This document shows positions 57,298 to 64,000 of a DNA stretch of 64,000 bases, piece by piece. Below the pieces are notes generated by a model, which was given only the letters and a program-made list of their open reading frames with translations, did no database searches and was not told the DNA's origin. Within the stretch, counting starts at the first letter, position 1. Each line of letters begins with the position of its first letter. The position numbers and the translations under genes are program-made. This DNA is from the human T2T-CHM13v2.0 reference genome, Homo sapiens, in the NCBI RefSeq assembly GCF_009914755.1, contig NC_060939.1, one strand, 5' to 3'.

Positions 57298-59950
57298 GAA
57301 ATTAGGATACTCGATCCTAGCATTCTAGTCTTGGTCCCCCATGAGCTGACTCCAGGGAAGTCACTGAGTCTCTCCTGCCTTATTTATGATAAAAGAGTTG
57401 GGTTATGTGTATATTACCATTTTTTCCAAATCTAAAATTCTGATCTTGCGAATCTCTCTGCAAGAGAGTAGACAATGTTATATTAATTTCTTTGCAAATG
57501 CATTTGCTAAACAAAGGGATGAGTACTTATTAACCAGCGAGTCCTCATCTCTGTTCTAATTTCACCCTGGGCTATTTGATAAAATAGAAGTTCTATACAT
57601 TTACCAAATTTACCAACACTGTAACTGTTTTCTTAATTGGATTGAATTCATCTTGAGAGCCAGGGCTGCTTTTCATTTATCTTCCTGTATTCAGGACCTA
57701 GCACAGTGCTAAGCATCCATACACTCAAATAATGTTTGCCGAACTGAACTGAGTCCATAAGAATTTTTAAAAATATAATATAGACAATATAGGAAGTCCA
57801 TTCAGTCAACATGTTTTAAGATAGTGGATTAAACCACTTTCAAGGTGTCACTTTATCTCTTTCATGTACCAAACATAATAAATATTTAAAAATTATAGAT
57901 AAAATGCTCATTTGAAAGGTGTTGTTAACTTCCATTTAGTTTCAAATAGATTGCAATGCTTTTCTTCCTGTCCTTTAGTAGCATACCAAATTTCAACAGT
58001 CTCTTTGATATCATGGATCAAACAAAAACAAAAGTGACCTTGCTTCATTTAGTTAACTCACTTTCCCTTAAATAAATTCTCCCTGAACAAATGTTTGGGT
58101 AAACAAATGGTCTTCATCTTTGTACCCAAAAGATCAATGAACTCAGATCACAGAGGACATAAAAGTCACAGAGTCAAGGAACCCCTTGGCGAGCACACAT
58201 CCAGTCATGACTATGTTCAATTCAGATTGCTCAGTCAAAATGGAGCTGACTTAAATTTTTTTCCTACTGCTTATACAATTATTAATTGATTAGCTACTTT
58301 TATTATTTTAACTGTTAAAACCACTCAGGTTTGTGGGAATTTGATCAATTATTCTGAGATTCATCTACAAAAGATCTACCTGAATAAACATGGTCAGTCT
58401 CCAAAGTCTTTGCATTAAGCCAGAGGTATTTCAAAGTGTTTTTGAGCGTGTATTTCCATCAAGAAATATGGCATTTAAAAACACACCTTTCATTCACTAC
58501 CAAGAACAAAGGTTTTCGTACCAATGGCATATTCTGCAGTGACTTCGTAGATAATGGTATATTTGAAATGACATAATTTTGTTTTTAATTTTCTACAGGT
58601 CATTGTAGTATATTTTCAACAGCTTGCAAATTAATTTTTAAATTATAATATAACCCTTGCTGGTTTTGGGAGATGAGGGAAACTTTCCTTGCCTATGTGC
58701 TTCAGTGTCTCCTGGAAGTCTATGGAGAGCCACAGGATATTGGCACCAGAAAAGACATGGCATCTTTCCCGAGGATGAAATAAAGGTCACCTAACTGAGA
58801 CCAGTGGCCGTTGCTGTTTCTCTCCATTGTATTACAAATACGACGGCAGGAGAAGAGGGTTATATTGAAAGGAGCCATAACAATTGATTTTTGCATCCTC
58901 TTTGCTCAGTGGAGCAGTTGGAATGGAAATTTGTTGAGTCGCTTCTGGAAGGAGAGATTTATGATCTGGCACCTTCATAGACATGAATGGCAATATAACG
59001 AATTGAAAGAGTGATAGTTGCTAGGACCAGAAGGAATCCCCAGATTCTCAGAACTATAAGGGGAGTACATGGGACTAATATTCAGCGAGCAGTAGGCTTT
59101 GAGGCTTTCCACTGGCAAAACTTGAAAAGCAAGCAATGGACTCCCGTCCCGATTGCTAAGAAATTTAGGGTAAGTTCAATGCCTTTCTCAGGATATTGTG
59201 TTCAGCACCCCTGCTAGTGGGGGAATGGAAGTGGAAAAGTGCAGGGACTTACAGAGAATGGAAGTCCTAGATGTTTTAGTCCACTGTTAATGTGTGGGAA
59301 ATGTGATTCCTCAACCCAATTCCCAGGTAACCTGGTAAATAATTTAGGCTCCTGAAATACTGACATTGCAGTTGTAACACTAGGCACCTTATGCACAGTT
59401 GTTGCCAATGCCCTATCATCAAGGCACAGGCCTTTGTGTTTTTTCAGTTCTGAAGATGAGTTTTGACTGGATCACTCCCAACCTGTGTGATCAGCTGTGT
59501 GATTGGGAGACGCATATGGCCAGGCCTGTGGAGTCCACTCAGGCCAAGTGACAAAGACCAAGCTCTTGGCCTCAGCTTTACCCTCACAGAGAGCTGCAGT
59601 TCTACCTAAGTTACCTTTCCCCAGTTTTAGTGTATTCATTCTATGTAATAGCACAATCATAAAGAAATTAGAAAAAGTTGAACAACATTTTTAAAAAATC
59701 ATAACAAACAAAAAGTTATGTTCAAAATGTCCTTGCAGTTTTGGCAATGGGATTTCCCCATTGTGCTTAACCAATGGCAGGAGGTGTGATAGAACAGGAT
59801 TCCAGAGGTGCAGGTTTGAATCCTCCCTCTCCACTAACTGCATCATGATTTTCGACAGGTCAGTCCTCTTTCTTGAGCTTCAGTTTCCTCAACTGCATAG
59901 TGAGGGTTTGCTTCACAACTTCTCATGTGTTTATTAAAGATTACACACCA

Positions 59951-60243
59951 GGCCAGGTGTGATGGCTCATGCCAGTAATCCCAGCACTTTGGGAGGCTGA
60001 GGTGGGGGGATCACTTGAGGTCAGTTTGAGACCAGCCTGGCCAACATGGAGAAACCCCATTTGTACTAAAAATACAAAAATTAGCTGGGCCTGATGGCAC
60101 ACACCTGTAATCTCAGCTACTCAGGAGGCTGAAGCATGAGAATCTTTTGAACCTGGGAGACGGAGGTTGCAGTGAGCCTAGATCATACCACTGCGCTCCA
60201 TCCTGGGCAACAGAGTGAGACTCTGTCTAAAAAAAAAAAAAAA
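59951..60243 (+). mobile_element. AluS
   Basis: Full dimer with A tail, downstream of a MIR (about 59780-59945). Confidence 0.95.
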
Positions 60244-60906
60244 TTAGGCACTAAGTATCTAACAGTCTAACAGTCAACATTTGTTTTTAGGCACTCACAC
60301 TGTAGTAGGAGAGACAGGCAAGAAACAAGAAATTCATATATATATATAAAGTATGCACTATATCTGTTCCTTTTACTTTATAGGATTGTTTTGAGACACA
60401 AATAAAATAGTTGATGCAAATGTTTGATAAACCGTGAAGAGCTATTTTTTTTTTAATGAAAGGCCCAGCATTCTGTCCATACTCGATTCTCCATAAATAT
60501 TTATTAAATTGTGCTTCTGTGATTATCATTTTTTTGTGAAAATGTTTTGTGTGTTTGGTAAAAGCAATCTTCCAGGTTTTCTTAGTTCATGAAAATGGAG
60601 TACATTGAAATGAGGTGATATTTCTAAAGCAGAAGATTTAACATGACCACCTGGATGTGACTGTATTCTCTTATCCTTTCCCAAAGCCTTATCCATCTCT
60701 CATCAGCCTCTAAGACACACAATTCCTTTCCTTGCTCCTGCAACCCCTGACCAGAGTATCATAGATTTGTGGGTCTCGGGACACAGAAAGAAGGAAAAGA
60801 TATCATGTCTGTTATGCAAGTTACTGGTAAATTTTGTTTCTTTGCATTACATGTTACCTGTACTAACCCCTTTAGACCATACCAAAAAGTATAAAACATA
60901 GTTCTT

Positions 60907-61076
60907 TTTTTTCTTTTTTTTTATTATTATTATACTTTAAGTTTTAGGGTACATGTGCACAATGTGCAGGTTAGTTACATATGTATACATGTGCCATGCT
61001 GGTGTGCTGCACCCATTAATTCGTCATTTAGCATTAGGTATATCTCCTAAAGCTATCCCTCCCCCCCTCCCCCCAC
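60907..61076 (-). mobile_element. Young, severely 5'-truncated L1PA (PA3/PA4-like) 3' end
   Basis: ATACTTTAAGTTTTAGGGTACATGTGCACAATGTGCAGG...; perfect 14-bp TSD AAAACATAGTTCTT (60893-60906 and 61077-61090). Confidence 0.93.
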
Positions 61077-61582
61077 AAAACATAGTTCTTACTTGGGAAG
61101 AGTTTATAATCTATTTGAAGAGAGAAAACATATGCATGCATACACATGTACAAATACACAAGAAGAGAGAAGAAACTGATGTGATTAAGGGCTGTGTAAT
61201 TCATACAGTGAGTGGTATATGTATTTGATCGTGGGAGATTTCCCTGTTCAATGGAATTGTGAGGGAAGGGCTCATAAGTGAATTAGTAAGTCCAATTCTT
61301 CAAAAGGTGAGGTGAGTACAATTTGGATGGAAAAAGAGGCGGAAGAAGAGTCTTCCAGAAGAGAGGATACAGCACAAGCAAAGCCTTGTAGGCAGAAATG
61401 AATAAGGAGTGTTGTAGAGGAATCTATAAGTACCCTTCGGATAAAATGAAGTGTTTCATGCTGGGAATATTGAGATACATATTTGGGCAACTATGAAGGA
61501 GCAGATTTATGGCAGAACTTAAATATCAGTCTAGAAAGTTTGGGCATTACCTATTACATAGAGGGGAATCACTGAGTTTTTA

Positions 61583-61933
<351 letters not shown>

Positions 61934-62009
61934 TTAAAAGATTTCTCCCCCAAACAAGGTGACGCAAGGTGGATCATGAGCAGGAAGTTTATTTATTCTG
62001 CTACCTTTT

Positions 62010-63110
62010 CAATGTTGTTTTATTTTTTTCTCTTTATTAATAAAAGAAATATAAGACATAATAATTTATGGTACAATTAACACCTGGGAACCTTTCAGTT
62101 TATGGCAACCAACAGGACCATTTCCTTACAGTCCCCTAAATGTTTCCTCAAATCCCTTCTCCCACTCTCCTCAAAGGTCACTAATATCTTGAGCTTCTTG
62201 TTTATTGTTCCTTTGCATTTCTTCATAGATTTGCCATCTATGCTTGGACTCTAAAAATATGTTCAACAATTTTGCATATTTTTTCTTTATGTCAAAGGAG
62301 TTCTTCACACATTCTTCTGCAACATGCTTTTTTTTGTTCAATGTTATATTTGTAGGATTCACTTATGTTGTCATGTGTAATTGTAAGCCATTAACTGCTT
62401 TAAGGCATTTCATTATAAAAATGTACTGTTTATCCATTGAACCATTGATTCACATGTTTTTTTCTAGTTATTTTGTTATTAGAAATAGTGTGGTCGTGAA
62501 TCATTTTATATATTTCTCTAGGTATATGTATGCAATAATTTTTCTAGGGTGTATTCCTAGGTGTAAAATTGCTGGATCATTATGTACACACACCTGAAAA
62601 TTTATTAGATAATACCAAATTGGCAAATTGGGTTTGGTTTCATTCAAAAGATATTTTACCAATTTACACTGTCACCAGAAATGTGTTGGTGTTGTGGTAG
62701 TTCTACATCTTTACTGACCCTTGATACTGCAATTTTTTTTTTTATTTTTTTTTGCTTTTGCCAATCCAGTTGGTATAAAATGTAATCTCATTGGGGATTT
62801 AATTTGCATTTGTTTAATTACTAGCGAAGCAGAGAATATTTTTCATGTTTATTGGCTATTTGGGGTTTCTCTTTGTGAAGTGCCTCTTCAGGTTTTTTGC
62901 CCATCTTCCCATTGGGTTGCCTACTTTTCCTTTATGTACATATTAGATATAGGCCTTTGTCTGCTATATGTGATGCAAATGTCTTCTTTTTTCTCCTTTT
63001 TGTTGTCTTTTGATAAATAGGCATTGCTTCATTTTAATGCAGTCAAATATATCAACATTTTCTTCTACGGTTTGTGCATTTTGTGTCTTATTTCAGAAAT
63101 CCATCTTATG
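62010..63110 (-). mobile_element. Old L1ME-type fragment
   Basis: Degenerate antisense ORF2 C-terminus/3' UTR (AATTGCTGGATCAT..., TTAATTTGCATTT...). Confidence 0.75.
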
Positions 63111-63787
63111 CTAACAACAGATGGTAGCCCTACAGTATTTTGACTTTTTTCTGCAGTTTATGAAGGGAGGAGAAATGAGTAATGACATGTATTAAGACGA
63201 TGGTTGACAACAGTCTAACAGAAGGAGAGTCTGACGATAGTGAGCCCAGTCACTGTTAATTTTAACCATTCAAACACAAAACACTAAAAAAGTTTCTAGA
63301 AATAAATTAGGACAATTTCCAAATATACTTAATTTAGCTTTGATTAAAATTGAGACCAAATTTCCCAAACTTCAGTAGCAGAAATTTGCCATAAGTAATT
63401 TTGAGAATATCAAATGCTGGAGTAACAGGTCACCTTTGTTCATCTAGCTAACAGGGAAGACTACTGATAGTTACAAAAATTTAAATTTTGTCTATTCTTA
63501 TTCTAAATCTTGTCATCAGAAGGTTGGCTTTCTTTTTTTACTAAAAAGGACAAAAACTTTCCTGCAATACTGAGAGGTTTCTTTTAAGTTTCAAGGATGT
63601 TGATTTGTAACATTTAGAATATGAATGGTTGTTAAATGAAAAGCATGTATGAAAATGTGTGTTGAAAATTGTATTTATACACAAACTCTGTAAATTATAA
63701 TGGCAATACAAAGTTATTATTTATTAACCATATACTGATTAACCTGCTTATCATGACTTCACTCATCTAGTTGCATTTAAACAAAAC

Positions 63788-63945
63788 AAAAATTAGCTGA
63801 GCATGGTGGCAGGCACCCCAGCTACTTGGGAGGCTGAGGCAGGAGAATCACTAGAATCCGGGAGGCGGAGGTTGCATTGAGCTGAGATCGTGCCTGGGCA
63901 ACAGAGTGAGACTCCGTCTCAAAAATAAATAAATAAATAAAAATA
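63788..63945 (+). mobile_element. Alu right-arm fragment
   Basis: AAAATTAGCTGAGCATGGTGG...GAGACTCCGTCTCAAAA(TAAA)n. Confidence 0.9.
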
Positions 63946-64000
63946 AACAAAATAGATCATAGAGATTCACTCAGAGTCAGGAAAATAGCTAAAGACATAT

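Overview
Primate (very likely human) genomic DNA covering the 5' end of ALDH1A2 (RALDH2, retinaldehyde dehydrogenase 2) on the minus strand. Bases 1-5840 are the start of intron 1. Coding exon 1 is 5841-5957 (MTSSKIEMPG...LEIKYTK, GCCACC-ATG start, GT donor). A TATA/CCAAT core promoter at about 6040-6080 sits in a CpG island (about 5300-6950). The remaining ~57 kb is upstream non-coding DNA dense in transposons: about 20 Alus, MIR/L2 relics, hAT and Tc1/mariner MITEs (MER58A, MER5, MER2, MADE1), solo LTRs (MER41A, THE1, MLT1, an ERVK LTR14-type) and two large old L1 blocks with nested insertions. No other protein-coding gene, RNA gene or CRISPR-like array is supported; the other ORFs are GC-rich shadow ORFs or repeat remnants. 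I do not see a clearly new biological system. The best leads are regulatory: a strong CTCF motif 5.3 kb upstream, repeat-free motif clusters (TALE/MEIS-T-box at ~15.1 kb, homeodomain at ~13.5 kb), a CpG-retaining AT-rich intronic shore, LTRs co-oriented with ALDH1A2, inverted Alus downstream of the divergent side of the promoter, and a twin-primed inverted L1. Repeat subfamily names come from remembered consensus sequences, and most repeat boundaries are approximate.
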